Source of the DNA: Octopus sinensis
Taxonomy: Eukaryota
DNA: 64,000 nucleotides
Direction of reading: 5' to 3'
Assembly: GCF_006345805.1 (NCBI RefSeq)
Contig: NC_043015.1
Span: 41,974,001 to 42,038,000 of the forward strand
Positions 28,901 through 41,298 of the stretch are shown one piece after another. Numbering within the stretch: position 1 is the first letter of the stretch; the number at the start of each line of letters is the position of its first letter. The notes beneath the pieces are model-generated. The model was not told where the DNA came from, made no database searches, and worked only from the letters and a program-made list of their open reading frames with translations. A program made the position numbers and the translations under genes.

Positions 28901-31900
28901 AAAAAAGTTTTTTGCTGCTATTTCTAATGAGTTCAGTATGCGGCAAAGTAATTTATTTTACTAAGCCCTTTTATATAATGTAATAATTTGAATTCGCCTT
29001 GAATGGTCCCTTTGCATACTGAACACTTGGTGAAATTGATTAATAATTAATTAATTTTGCCCTCAATTGTTGAAATTATAATTAATCTGCTGATTAATGC
29101 TTCGGATTTTACCGAAATAAGCATAGTGTTTGATGATTTAACCCACGCTGTGGAAAGGGGAGAACAGAGATTCTTCGCTTGCTTATTTGAATTGTTGGCA
29201 CTGTAGTTACGAGCAGATCTTCGAAAGGGTATGTTCTATTTTCAGTGTTCCAAATCCAAACCAAGGAATTTCTGAGCTGATGATAGAAGTGTTGTTTTGA
29301 CTAATCTTGAAACGTACGTTCTCAAATAACCTTAGCATTTGATTTTTCGATGTCCTTACCCCCAAACTTTTGTGAGTTGAATTAAGCAAACACTATATAT
29401 GAGAGAGATTTTCTTTAAGTATTAGAAATAGCTTTAAAAAGTTTTTTAGTGCTGCTATTTCTAATGAGTTCAGTATGCGGCAAAGTAATTTATTTTACTA
29501 AGCCCTTTTATATAATGTAATAATTTGAATTCGCCTTGAATGGTCCTTTGCATACTGAACACTTGGTGAAATTGATTAATAATTAATTAATTTTGCCCTC
29601 AATTGTTGAAATTATAATTAATCTCCCTCTGATTAATGCTTCGTATTTTACCGAAATAAGCATAGTGTTTGATGATTTTAACCCACGCTGGTGGAAAGGG
29701 GAGAACAGAGATTCTTCGCTTGCTTATTTGAATTTGTTGGCACTGTTAGTTACGAGCAGATCTTCGAAAGGGTATATTCTTATTTTCAGTGTTTCCAAAT
29801 CCAAACCAAGGAATTTCTGAGCTGATGATAGAAGTGTTGTTTTGACTAATCTTGAAACGTACGTTCTCAATAACCTTAGCATTTGATTTTCATGATGTCC
29901 TTACCCCAAACTTTTGTGAGTTGAATTAAGCAAACACTATATATGAGAGAGATTTTCTTTAAGTATTAGAAATAGCTTTAAAAAAGTTTTTTAGCTGCTA
30001 TTTCTAATGAGTTCAGTATGCGGCAAAGTAATTTATTTTACTAAGCCCTTTTATATAATGTAATAATTTGAATTCGCCTTGAATGGTCCCTTTGCATACT
30101 GAACACTTGGTGAAATTGATTAATAATTAATTAATTTTGCCCTCAATTGTTGAATTATAATTAATCTGCCTCTGATTAATGCTTCGGATTTTACCGAAAT
30201 AAGCATAGTGTTTGATGATTTTAACCCACGCTGTGGAAAGGGGAGAACAGAGATCTTCGCTTGCTTATTTGAATTTGTTGGCACTGTTAGTTACGAGCAG
30301 ATCTTCGAAAGGGTATATCTTATTTTCAGTGTTTCCAAATCCAAACCAAGGAATTTCTGAGCTGATGATAGAAGTGTTGTTTTGACTAATCTTGAAACGT
30401 ACGTTCTCAAATAACCTTAGCATTTGATTTTTCGATGTCCTTACCCCCAAACTTTTGTGAGTTGAATTAAGCAAACACTATATATGAGAGAGATTTTCTT
30501 TAAGTATTAGAAATAGTTTTAAAAAGTTTTTAGCTGCTATTTCTAATGAGTTCAGTATGCGGCAAAGTAATTTATTTTACTAAGCCCTTTTATATAATGT
30601 AATAATTGAATTCGCCTTGAATGGTCCCTTTGCATACTGAACACTTGGTGAAATTGATTAATAATAATTAATTTTGCCCTCAATTGTTGAAATTATAATT
30701 AATCTCCCTCTGATTAATGCTTCGGATTTTACCGAAATAAGCATAGTGTTTGATGATTTTAACCCACGCTGGTGGAAAGGGGAGAACAGAGATTCTTCGC
30801 TTGCTTATTTGAATTTGTTGGCACTGTTAGTTACGAGCAGATCTTCGAAAGGGTATGTTCTTATTTTCAGTGTTTCCAAATCCAAACCAAGGAATTTCTG
30901 AGCTGATGATAGAAGTGTTGTTTTGACTAATCTTGAAACGTACGTTCTCAAATAACCTTAGCATTTGATTTTTCGATTCCTTACCCCCAAACTTTTGTGA
31001 GTTGAATTAAGCAAACACTATATATGAGAGAGATTTTCTTTAAGTATTAGAAATAGCTTTAAAAAAGTTTTTTAGCTGTTATTTCTAATGAGTTCAGTAT
31101 GCGGCAAAGTAATTTATTTTACTAAGCCCTTTTATATAATGTAATAATTTGAATTCGCCTTGAATGGTCCCTTTGCATACTGAACACTTGGTGAAATTGA
31201 TTAATAATTAATTAATTTTGCCCTCAATTGTTGAAATTATAATTAATCTCCCTCTGATTAATGCTTCGGATTTTACCGAAATAAGCATAGGTTTTGATGA
31301 TTTTAACCCACGCTGGTGGAAAGGGAGAGAACAGAGATTCTTCGCTGCTTATTTGAATTTGTTGGCACTGTTAGTTACGAGCAGATCTTCGAAAGGGTAT
31401 GTTCTTATTTTCAGTGTTTCCAAATCCAAACCAAGGAATTTCTGAGCTGATGATAGAAGTGTTGTTTTGACTAATCTTGAAACGTACGTTCTCAAATAAC
31501 CTTAGCATTTGATTTTTCGATGTCCTTACCCCCAAACTTTGTGAGTTGAATTAAGCAAACACTATATATGAGAGAGATTTTCTTTAAGTATTAGAAATAG
31601 CTTTAAAAAAGTTTTTTAGCTGCTATTTCTAATGAGTTCAGTATGCGGCAAAGTAATTTATTTTACTAAGCCCTTTTATATAATGTAATAATTTGAATTC
31701 GCCTTGAATGGTCCCTTTGCATACTGAACACTTGGTGAAATTGATTAATAATAATTAATTGCCCTCATTGTTGAAATTATATTAATCTGCCTCTGATTAA
31801 TGCTTCGGATTTTACCGAAATAAGCATAGTGTTTGATGATTTTAACCCACGCTGGTGGAAAGGGGAGAACAGAGATTCTTCGCTTGCTTATTGAATTTGT

Positions 31901-34472
31901 TGGCACTGTTAGTTACGAGCAGATCTTCGAAAGGGTATGTTCTATTTTCAGTGTTTCCAAATCCAAACCAAGGAATTTCTGAGCTGATGATAGAAGTGTT
32001 GTTTTGACTAATCTTGAAACGTACGTTCTCAAATAACCTTAGCATTTGATTTTTCGATGTCCTTACCCCCAAACTTTTGTGAGTTGAATTAAGCAAACAC
32101 TATATATGAGAGAGATTTTCTTTAAGTATTAGAAATAGCTTTTAAAAAGTTTTTTAGCTGCTATTTCTAATGAGTTCAGTATGCGGCAAAGTAATTTATT
32201 TTACTAAGCCCTTTTATATAATGTAATAATTTGAATTCGCCTTGAATGGTCCCTTTGCATACTGAACACTTGGTGAAATTGATTAATAATTAATTAATTT
32301 TGCCCTCAATTGTTGAAATTATAATTAATTCCCTCTGATTAATGCTTCGTATTTTACCGAAATTAAGCATAGTGTTTGATGATTTTAACCCACGCTGGTG
32401 GAAAGGGGAGAACAGAGATTCTTCGCTTGCTTATTGAATTTGTTGGCACTGTTAGTTACGAGCAGATCTTCGAAAGGGTATATTCTTATTTTCAGTGTTT
32501 CCAAATCCAAACCAAGGAATTTCTGAGCTGATGATAGAAGTGTTGTTTTGACTAATCTTGAAACGTACGTTCTCAAATAACCTTAGCATTTGATTTTCGA
32601 TGTCCTTACCCCCAAACTTTTGTGAGTTGAATTAAGCAAACACTATATATGAGAGAGATTTTCTTTAAGTATTAGAAATAGCTTTAAAAAAGTTTTTTAG
32701 CTGCTATTTCTAATGAGTTCAGTATGCGGCAAAGTAATTTATTTACTAAGCCCTTTTATATAATGTAATAATTTGAATTCGCCTTGAATGGTCCCTTTGC
32801 ATACTGAACACTTGGTGAAATTGATTAATAATTAATTAATTTTGCCCTCAATTGTTGAAATATAATTAATCTGCCTCTGATTAATGCTTCGGATTTTACC
32901 GAAATAAGCATAGTGTTTGATGATTTTAACCCACGCTGGTGGAAAGGGGAGAACAGAGATTCTTCGCTTGCTTATTGAATTTGTTGCCACTGTTAGTTAC
33001 GAGCAGATCTTCGAAAGGGTATGTTCTTATTTTCAGTGTTCCAAATCCAAACCAAAGAATTTCTGAGCTGATGATAGAAGTGTTGTTTTGACTAATCTTG
33101 AAACGTACGTTCTCAAATAACCTTAGCATTTGATTTTTCGATGTCCTTACCCCCAAACTTTTGTGAGTTGAATTAAGCAAACACTATATATGAGAGAGAT
33201 TTTCTTTAAGTATTAGAAATAGTTTTAAAAAGTTTTTAGCTGCTATTTCTAATGAGTTCAGTATGCGGCAAAGTAATTTATTTACTAAGCCCTTTTATAT
33301 AATGTAATAATTTGAATTCGCCTTGAATGGTCCCTTTGCATACTGAACACTTGGTGAAATTGATTATAATTAATTAATTTTGCCCAATTGTTGAAATTAT
33401 AATTAATCTCCCTCTGATTAATGCTTCGGATTTTACCGAAATAAGCATAGTGTTTGATGATTTTAACCCACGCTGGTGGAAAGGGAGAGAACAGAGATTC
33501 TTCGCTTGCTTATTTGAATTTTGGCACTGTTAGTTACGAGCAGATCTTCGAAAGGGTATTCTTATTTTCAGTGTTTCCAAATCCAACCAAGGAATTTCTG
33601 AGCTGATGATAGAAGTGTTGTTTTGACTAATCTTGAAACGTACGTTCTCAAATAACCTTAGCATTTGATTTTTCGATGTCCTTACCCCCAACTTTTGTGA
33701 GTTGAATTAAGCAAACACTATATATGAGAGAGATTTTCTTTAAGTATTAGAAATAGCTTTTAAAAAGTTTTTAGCTGCTATTTCTAATGAGTTCAGTATG
33801 CGGCAAAGTAATTTATTTTACTAAGCCCTTTTATATAATGTAATAATTGAATTCGCCTGAATGGTCCCTTTGCATACTGAACACTTGGTGAAATTGATTA
33901 ATAATAATTAATTTTGCCCTCAATTGTTGAAATTATAATTAATCTCCCTCTGATTAATGCTTCGGATTTTACCGAAATAAGCATAGTGTTTGATGATTTT
34001 AACCCACGCTGGTGGAAAGGGGAGAACAGAGATTCTTCGCTTGCTTATTTGAATTTGTTGGCACTGTTAGTTACGAGCAGATCTTCGAAAGGGTATGTTC
34101 TTATTTTCAGTGTTTCCAAATCCAAACCAAGGAATTTCTGAGCTGATGATAGAAGTGTGGTTTTGACTAATCTTGAAACGTACGTTCTCAAATAACCTTA
34201 GCATTTGATTTTTCGATGTCCTTACCCCCAACTTTGTGAGTTGAATTAAGCAAACACTATATATGAGAGAGATTTTCTTTAAGTATTAGAAATAGCTTTA
34301 AAAAAGTTTTTTAGCTGCTATTCTAATGAGTTCAGTATGCGGCAAAGTAATTTATTTTACTAAGCCCTTTTATAAATGTAATAATTTGAATTCGCCTTGA
34401 ATGGTCCCTTTGCATACTGAACACTTGGTGAATTGATTAATAATTAATTAATTTTGGCCTCAATGTTGAAAT
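22980..34472. mobile_element. 11.5-kb tandem array of ~543-bp hammerhead-bearing monomers (Penelope pLTR/retrozyme-like): ~2.9 inverted units (22980-24545) joined head-to-head to ~18.4 direct units (24546-34472), inserted in (TA)n
   Basis: Monomer recurs every ~540-545 bp. Orientation flips at ~24546 (...attattaatca|aaaagtatttttagctgc...). Both flanks are (TA)n and continue the empty site seen at 20668-20712. Confidence 0.9.
24916..24986 (+). ncRNA. Minimal type I hammerhead ribozyme motif (first direct copy; 18 copies on +, 3 on -)
   Basis: aagg-aatttc-tgag [CTGATGA 24930-24936] t-aga...tct-t [GAAA 24962-24965] cgtacg TT^ ctca-aataa-cctt. Stem I tgag/ctca extends via aagg/cctt; stem III AACGTACGTT is palindromic; predicted GUU cleavage after 24973. 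Stem II opens with an atypical U.U pair. Confidence 0.7.
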
Positions 34473-34474
34473 AT

Positions 34475-34534
<60 letters not shown>

Positions 34535-34869
34535 GTTATGTTAAAAAAGCTGGATGTTAGTGCTAAATCATATTTTCTATATGAAATCACAAGGAAGCGC
34601 CCCATTGTGATAGGATAATATATATCAGATTTCGCTATATAATTGTATTTCAATAATGACCACCTCCGGCTAATTTTCAACTGTTAGTTTGTAGAAAGTT
34701 TGGATTCTTTTCTTAGATATGTATGTATGTATATGTGCATATAATACATATATACATATAATACATATATATGTATATATACATATACATACATACATAC
34801 ATACGTACATACAACTACATACATACAAATATAAATATATGTATATATATATATATATATATAATATAT

Positions 34870-34916
<47 letters not shown>

Positions 34917-35944
34917 CATATATATATATATATATAATATATATATATAATATATATATATATTATATTATTATATATATAATAAATATATAGATATATA
35001 GCGATACAGGATACACACTCAACTACACACATATACAGGCTCCAAATATATACAAACTGAAAGAAACAAATCCATCGCACTAAATTATCCTAGCTGTCGG
35101 AATTATAAATATATAATTCGAATATATCCTTATCAAAAATATAGTTCCAATATATATTAATATAAAGTGTCAAGTTCCTTTACAATCTATCCTGGGTTTT
35201 TTTTCCTTCGTTGGTGATTGCGGTTGTCAGTAAAAACCATTTCTGTCAGGAAACGAAAGTAGCTCCGGAAAGATATTAAGAAATGTTGACCAAGAAATGC
35301 GCACCAAACAATTCCGAGGAACCGGTAACGATTTTTCATTATTGTCTATTTGTTGATATTATCCCGGAAAACAAAGGGACACGATGTTAAATCGGGGATA
35401 TAAAATTGGTTAGGAGGAGAAGAGGAAGAATTTGCGATCTACGAGTCGTTGTTGTCGATGTTCTTGTTGTTTTTCATTAGCAGCACATCGGCCCTGATCG
35501 AGCAGACCATTTATGAATATGTGCATTGGGATATCGAGTTCCCTCAAGGCTTATGACATTAACTGCATTCCTTCATTCGAGTGGGTGTCATTATGACCAA
35601 TTTAATGGCAGGGAGAGTGTTTGCGGTCGCTTAATTTGCCTCCGCTTTTTGCACAAACTGTTAGCTTGTTTTTTTTGCTTCATGTATTATCTGTTCCTTA
35701 ACAAGATTCCACAAAATCTTCCTATTTTCTTAGTATTTTCCATGATGCATTACATACACACACACACAAATACGCACGTAAATACAAACACAAATACATA
35801 CATATACATAAGTTCATATGCATATATATTACGTGCACAAATACACATTTTAAATGTATACACATATATATGTATGTATACGTATATATACATGTGAGTA
35901 CATATTTAAAAATATACATATACTCACACACACACACACACACA

Positions 35945-36023
<79 letters not shown>

Positions 36024-36042
36024 ATTATATATATATAATATA

Positions 36043-36343
36043 GTGGAGGTACATGGTCCAGTGGTTAGAGCAGCGGACTCGCGGTCGAGGGATCGTGGGT
36101 TCAAATCTCAGACCGAGCGATGTGTGTGTTTATGAGCGAAACACCTAGCTCCACGCGGCTCCGGCAGAAGGTAATGGCGAACTTCTGCTGACTCTTTCGC
36201 CACAACTTTCTCTCACTCTTTCCTCCTGCATCTTGCAGCTCACCTGCGACGGACCGGCGTCCAGTCCAGGTTGGGAATCTATACACCAAGGAAACCGGGA
36301 AACCGGCCCTTATGACACAGTCATGGCTCGGGAAGGAACAAAC
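36043..36343 (+). mobile_element. tRNA-derived SINE family C, full length
   Basis: A box tggtccagtggttagagc and B box ggttcaaatctc; collinear with 54412-54712. Confidence 0.88.
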
Positions 36344-36959
36344 ATATATATATACATGTATTTGAGTGTAAACTTAAATATGTACGTATGTGTGTGTGCG
36401 CGCATGTATGTATGTAAAAGCACACACATTGGTATATGTATATATAAATGCAAAGATACACACAAAATTATTCAGATTTTCCGTGTATTTTAAATATATA
36501 GATTTGTATGTGTTTGTGCATGTTTGAATAAATGCATATGCATTTTACGTGTGTGTATATGCGTGTGTCTCAGTGATAAACCACGTAATTTAATCTTCGT
36601 CTTATTTTACACAAGTATTTGCAGTAAATACACGTATTAATCTGTGGGTTATCTCTTTAGATAATATATTACATCATTTCTCCAAAGCATTTTTCAAAAT
36701 AAACTGAACAGTTATCATTTAATAGAAGCTGTTATATTCAGAGATTCTACAGAAATTCTGAGATAATTTATTGAGATAATATATTAATTAAAATCAGCTT
36801 CATAAGGAAGAAGTAATAATATATAAAATTTCTCCACATTCTGAATTATTTTATGAATTTTAGTGTTGTTCTAGTAATTAATGTCATTCGTCTTCAAATC
36901 CTTTTTTTTTTTCTTTTGCACATCATCTTCTTGCAAATATTGGTTTTTCAAATTTTGTC

Positions 36960-37150
36960 ACAAGGCCAACAATTTCGGAGGAGGGCTTAAGTCGAATACA
37001 TCGATCCCAGCGTTCAGCTGGTTCTTAATTTATCGACCCTGAAATGATGAAAAGCAAAGTCGACCTCGGCAGAATTTGAGATCACAGGGTAGCAACGGGC
37101 GAAATAGCGCTAAATATTTTGCCCGGAGCGCTCACAATTCTGCCAGCTTG
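36960..37150 (-). mobile_element. SINE family B, degenerate
   Basis: ttaatttatcgaccc...gcaaagtcgacctcggcagaatttga. Confidence 0.75.
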
Positions 37151-37177
37151 CTGGCTTAGAAAGGATTATTATAGCAA

Positions 37178-37527
37178 TAGCAATAATCGGAGACCCCCGT
37201 CGGTCACGACACAGACCATGGGATTGCACCTAGAAAGTTACCCTCCTAGACACAAGTCTGGGCGAGGTTGTTTATGGAAGACCAGCAGTCGCCCATGCAT
37301 ACCAGCCTCCCCTCTCCACGCCACCAGTGTTATCTAAGGGAAAGGCAAAGGGGCCAATACAGCTTGGCTCCAGTGACGTCGCAACTCATTTCTACAGCTG
37401 AGTGAACTGGAGCAACGTGAAATAAAGTGCCTTGCTCAAGAACATAACACGCAGCCCGGTCCGGGATTCGAGCTCACAACTTCACGATCGTAAGCTCGAC
37501 GCTCTAACCACTGAGCCATGCGCCTTC
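37178..37527 (-). mobile_element. tRNA-derived SINE family D
   Basis: Minus strand gaaggcgcatggctcagtggttagagcgtcg...gagctcgaatcccgg (A/B boxes) then cttgagcaaggcacttta; (AAT)n lies at its 5' side. Confidence 0.8.
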
Positions 37528-37572
<45 letters not shown>

Positions 37573-37575
37573 TAA

Positions 37576-37746
37576 GGTAATGACGAACTTCTGCTGACTT
37601 TTTCACCACAATTTTCTCTCACTCTTTCCTCCTGCATCTCGCAGCTCACCTGCGACGGCCCGGCGTACCGACCAGGTGAGAAACCTATACGCCCAAGAAA
37701 CCGGGAAACCGGCCTTTATGAGCCAATCGTACCTCGGGAAGGATCA
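37576..37746 (+). mobile_element. SINE family C, 3' half
   Basis: Matches 36170-36340. Confidence 0.85.
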
Positions 37747-37949
37747 AAAAACAAATGTGATCAGAGGTGACCATCAGTTAAACACAATAAAACAACAAGA
37801 GCAACTATTTCCAGGTCTTTCGACACTGAAAGCCTCTGATGAGGTGTAACATTATATGGTCCGTGCATGCCGCTTGTTTGTGCTTGTCCCTGTGCATGCG
37901 TGATTGTGTATGCGTGTGTGCAAGCGTGCATGTTTGCTACGTACCTGAC

Positions 37950-37981
<32 letters not shown>

Positions 37982-38266
37982 TAGGTTTTATTGTGTGTGC
38001 GTGTAGCTAAATGTGTATTTGACTATGTTTGTGAGCATGTGAAAGAGTATTGTGTTAGACTCTACATGAAAGTGTCGCTCTTTGCAGTAAGTAATCTATA
38101 TATGTGAGAATGTACATATGTCCATATTTGTGAATGTGTGAATATGTGCGCATATTTGTGCTAGAGTGTGTATGAGCAAGTGTGTGTGTTTGTGCGTCTT
38201 TGTGTGTGTCTGTGTGTGCGTGCATGTCTGTGTGTTAGAGTGTATGTGCGTATGTGTGTGTGTATT

Positions 38267-38304
<38 letters not shown>

Positions 38305-38928
38305 GTGTGTTGTGTGTATGTGAGTGTACGTTCAATACATGACTGTGTATGGGACAACAGTGAGAAAGAACAAACCGTTATTAATCCAGTATCATTTAAA
38401 CACACATAGGCAATCGATAGAGATTAAGGTAAGCTTAGCATTCATCCTACAAATACACAGGTACACACATAAACCAAACTTTCCCAAGGTCCCGCGAGTG
38501 TGTGCGTGTGTGTGTGTGTCAGTGTCTTTGTGCGTGTGCACATGTAATTTTCCGCACACATACACCACAAAGATATACTTACAAACATTCGCACATATTG
38601 ACATCTACATAAAAAAAAGTTGTCTACAGATTTATATATAGACAAGTATTGATGAAAACACGAATGTAAGCAAGCTGTTTTGATGCCTGTATACACACAG
38701 AACATATAGGTATACGTATTTATCTAGATATTTGCATGTATATATACCCACTCCTACTAACTTCAACATACGTTTCTATACAGACATAAAGGCAAGTTAT
38801 TACAATCACACATAAACATCTATGAAGACGCACATATATGTATATATATGTGTATATATGTATATGTATAGATATCTATCTATCTATCTATATATATATA
38901 TATATCCATGTATACATATGTATATATG

Positions 38929-38959
<31 letters not shown>

Positions 38960-39131
38960 ATCTATACATATATGTATATATACGTATGCATATTTATATA
39001 TGTATGTGTATACATATGCATATGCTGCATACGTATGTATATGTGTGTGTGTATGTGTGTGCTTGTGTGTGTGTGTATGCGTGCGCATAAATATGTGTGT
39101 ATACACATAACATGGACATATATACATATAT

Positions 39132-39162
<31 letters not shown>

Positions 39163-39311
39163 GATACAGAGAAACATAGATAGTTAGATAGATAGATAGA
39201 TAGACTGACAGACAGACAAATAGACACATACATACATACATACATACACACACACATACATACATACTTACATACATAGATACATACATACATACATACA
39301 TACATACATAC

Positions 39312-39342
<31 letters not shown>

Positions 39343-40266
39343 CATACATACATACATACATACATACAAGCATACATACATAGATACATACATACATACA
39401 TACATACATATATTAATACATACATACATACATACATACATACATACATACATACATACATACGCGCAATCTTTGCTCGCAGTGAATATTGCAATAACTC
39501 CTCGCCATTATCTAATCACGTGTACACAGAGATGGCCATGATATCAACACATCTGAACGGATATACAACCACAGATCCAATACGACACCTGTACACAGAT
39601 GCACAAAACTACAACGACGCACACACATACCTTCACGCATACATATACACACAGCACACTCGTAGAAGCTAACGAAACCCGTCCAAAGATTTAGACATAC
39701 ATTTCTTTTGTTAATTATAAGCAACATCTGATGAGTGTGAAGTAGACCAGATTAGATGTTCCACAACTCTTCAGATTCCTCGTATTTTTGGTCTTCGCCT
39801 ACACACGTCTGTCTTGTAGCTATTGTTCACATAAAGAAGTAGATCAATAGATTCTTGTTAAGTTCTGCTTTCTACTCTTCAGATGTCTTTGTGTGTGTCT
39901 CTCTCTGTTTCTCTACCCCCACCAAGATATTGTTGTCTGTTTAGCTGTCTTCGAAAACAGTGTTTATGCAGCCAGCGCCTCGGTACAAATATGTTTGGAT
40001 TTCTGCTCAGTTACACTCCGACAAACTTGTGGTTGTCCGCTTGAGTTTCTACTATACACTGAAATAAAATACTACATACATACAAGCGTACATGCATCTG
40101 TGTATACATCACACACACACACAGATCTCTATTATCTATGTGTGTATATATACACACACATACGCATATACATGTACATGTTTGCATAAATAAATAAATA
40201 TATATATACATACATACATATATATATATAATATATATATATATTATAAATAATATATATATATAT

Positions 40267-40451
40267 GGCGATTTATTTCCTCTGTCTTCCCTTCTCTGGA
40301 TCTTTCCTTCTCCTATGTTCCCGACGAAGAGCTCCGCTCGAAACGTTATGCCCTCCTTCTTTCCTTCTTTCTGAGCGTCCAATAATACTACATTTGTTCC
40401 ACGTCCCTCGCGTTGTTGTGTTTTTTGTGCTTTCTTGTTTGGATTAACTTT
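40267..40451 (+). mobile_element. pLTR-like element in (TA)n with degenerate hammerhead motif
   Basis: CCGACGA-a-gag-ctccg-ctc-GAAA-cg-TT at 40321-40348; U4 position is C. Confidence 0.55.
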
Positions 40452-40455
40452 ATAT

Positions 40456-40491
<36 letters not shown>

Positions 40492-40496
40492 ATATT

Positions 40497-40547
<51 letters not shown>

Positions 40548-40719
40548 TAATAGTAATAGTACGACAACAAAAGAATGAATGAGACCTTTATATTATGTAA
40601 ATAGAGGAATTTATCTGTAATATATGTGACAAGTATTCGGTTGCCATAATAAAATTCCGAGTTTCGGATGTCGGGGTGGAAAACTGTTCCGGTATCTCGT
40701 CAGTTATTTAGACAAACCT

Positions 40720-40724
<5 letters not shown>
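40548..40724 (-). mobile_element. pLTR-like element in (TA)n with near-canonical hammerhead motif (40648-40708)
   Basis: Minus strand aataa-CTGACGA-gat...atcc-GAAA-ctcggaa-TT^-ttatt; 5-bp stem I, mismatches in stems II and III. Confidence 0.55.
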
Positions 40725-40768
<44 letters not shown>

Positions 40769-40879
40769 CTGAACCGCAAAAGGAACGTCGCACACATACT
40801 AAATACAGGGTAAAGCTGAGAGGATGGGCGTTTTTCAAAAATTCAAAAGATAATTAATTTTATTGCCCTCAACGCGTTT

Positions 40880-41238
40880 GTATTGAATCAATGACGATCT
40901 GTGAGGATGGAGCCCTTAGCCGGACGTCGACAAGACAGATTGAAAGACCTTAGCGAACGGTCTCAGCACAAATGGGTCTGCCTTGCCGATTCCGTTGCCG
41001 TTCGGAATCGGTCCTGAAAATGTTGTCAGTGCAGGTGACGATCTTGACGTGTCGTTATAACCCACGGTCGGCCACCGCGTGGACGATCTTCCATTCTGTT
41101 TGTAGCATTGTATAGTTCCCGCAGCCGCTCTATTGTCCGAATAGTGCAATTCAAGTCATTAGCAATGACCTATGGACGTTGACCAGCATGGATACATCCA
41201 ATGACTTGCTCCTTCTGATTTCATGTAAGTCTCGGCAT
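40880..41238 (-). pseudogene. Tc1-like transposase N-terminal (paired-like HTH) remnant; DDE domain absent
   Basis: MPRLT*NQKEQVIGCIHAG...IRTIERLRELYNATNRMEDRPRGGRPWVITTRQDRHL...FRTATESAR; tataaaa ~50 bp upstream on the minus strand. Element probably spans ~40765-41892. Confidence 0.82.
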
Positions 41239-41298
41239 GCTTACTGCATTCAGGAAACGAATGACAGGCTGGTAAATTTGGGTGCCTTTTATATCCAA

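Larger units (their letters stand above)
16347..34703. repeat. ~2.35-kb segment in three tandem copies; third copy interrupted by array 1
   Basis: Marker acgtaac(c)acatt(t)ctatgaa at ~16819, ~19181 and ~21527. Marker gctggatgttagtgctaaat at ~20713 and ~34549, with a noisier copy at ~18361. Homology ends at ~34703. Confidence 0.88.

Noticed and set aside
23127-34141. Recurrent 60-115 aa ORFs in array 1 monomers (MLNSTHKSLG..., MPSIVEIIIN...)
   Set aside because: Many start at TTG/GTG, frames break differently between units, they occur on both strands and show no recognisable motif; no stop-free rolling ORF is evident.
22980-34472. CRISPR array or simple centromeric satellite interpretation
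   Set aside because: No unique spacers or cas genes; the clean insertion into an identifiable empty site, the inversion and the ribozyme motif favour a retro-derived concatemer.
22960-34530. Target-site duplications for the arrays
   Set aside because: Cannot be defined within (TA)n flanks.
36043-36115. tRNA genes at SINE heads (also 37455-37527, 54412-54485)
   Set aside because: A/B boxes are present but cloverleaf stems are incomplete and each continues into a repeated SINE body.
37846-37875. CTGATGA as a hammerhead core
   Set aside because: No downstream stem II plus GAAA or NUH with stem I.
39724-39775. Imperfect 14-bp inverted repeat as a possible miRNA hairpin
   Set aside because: Stem too short and loop ~22 nt; compatible with chance.
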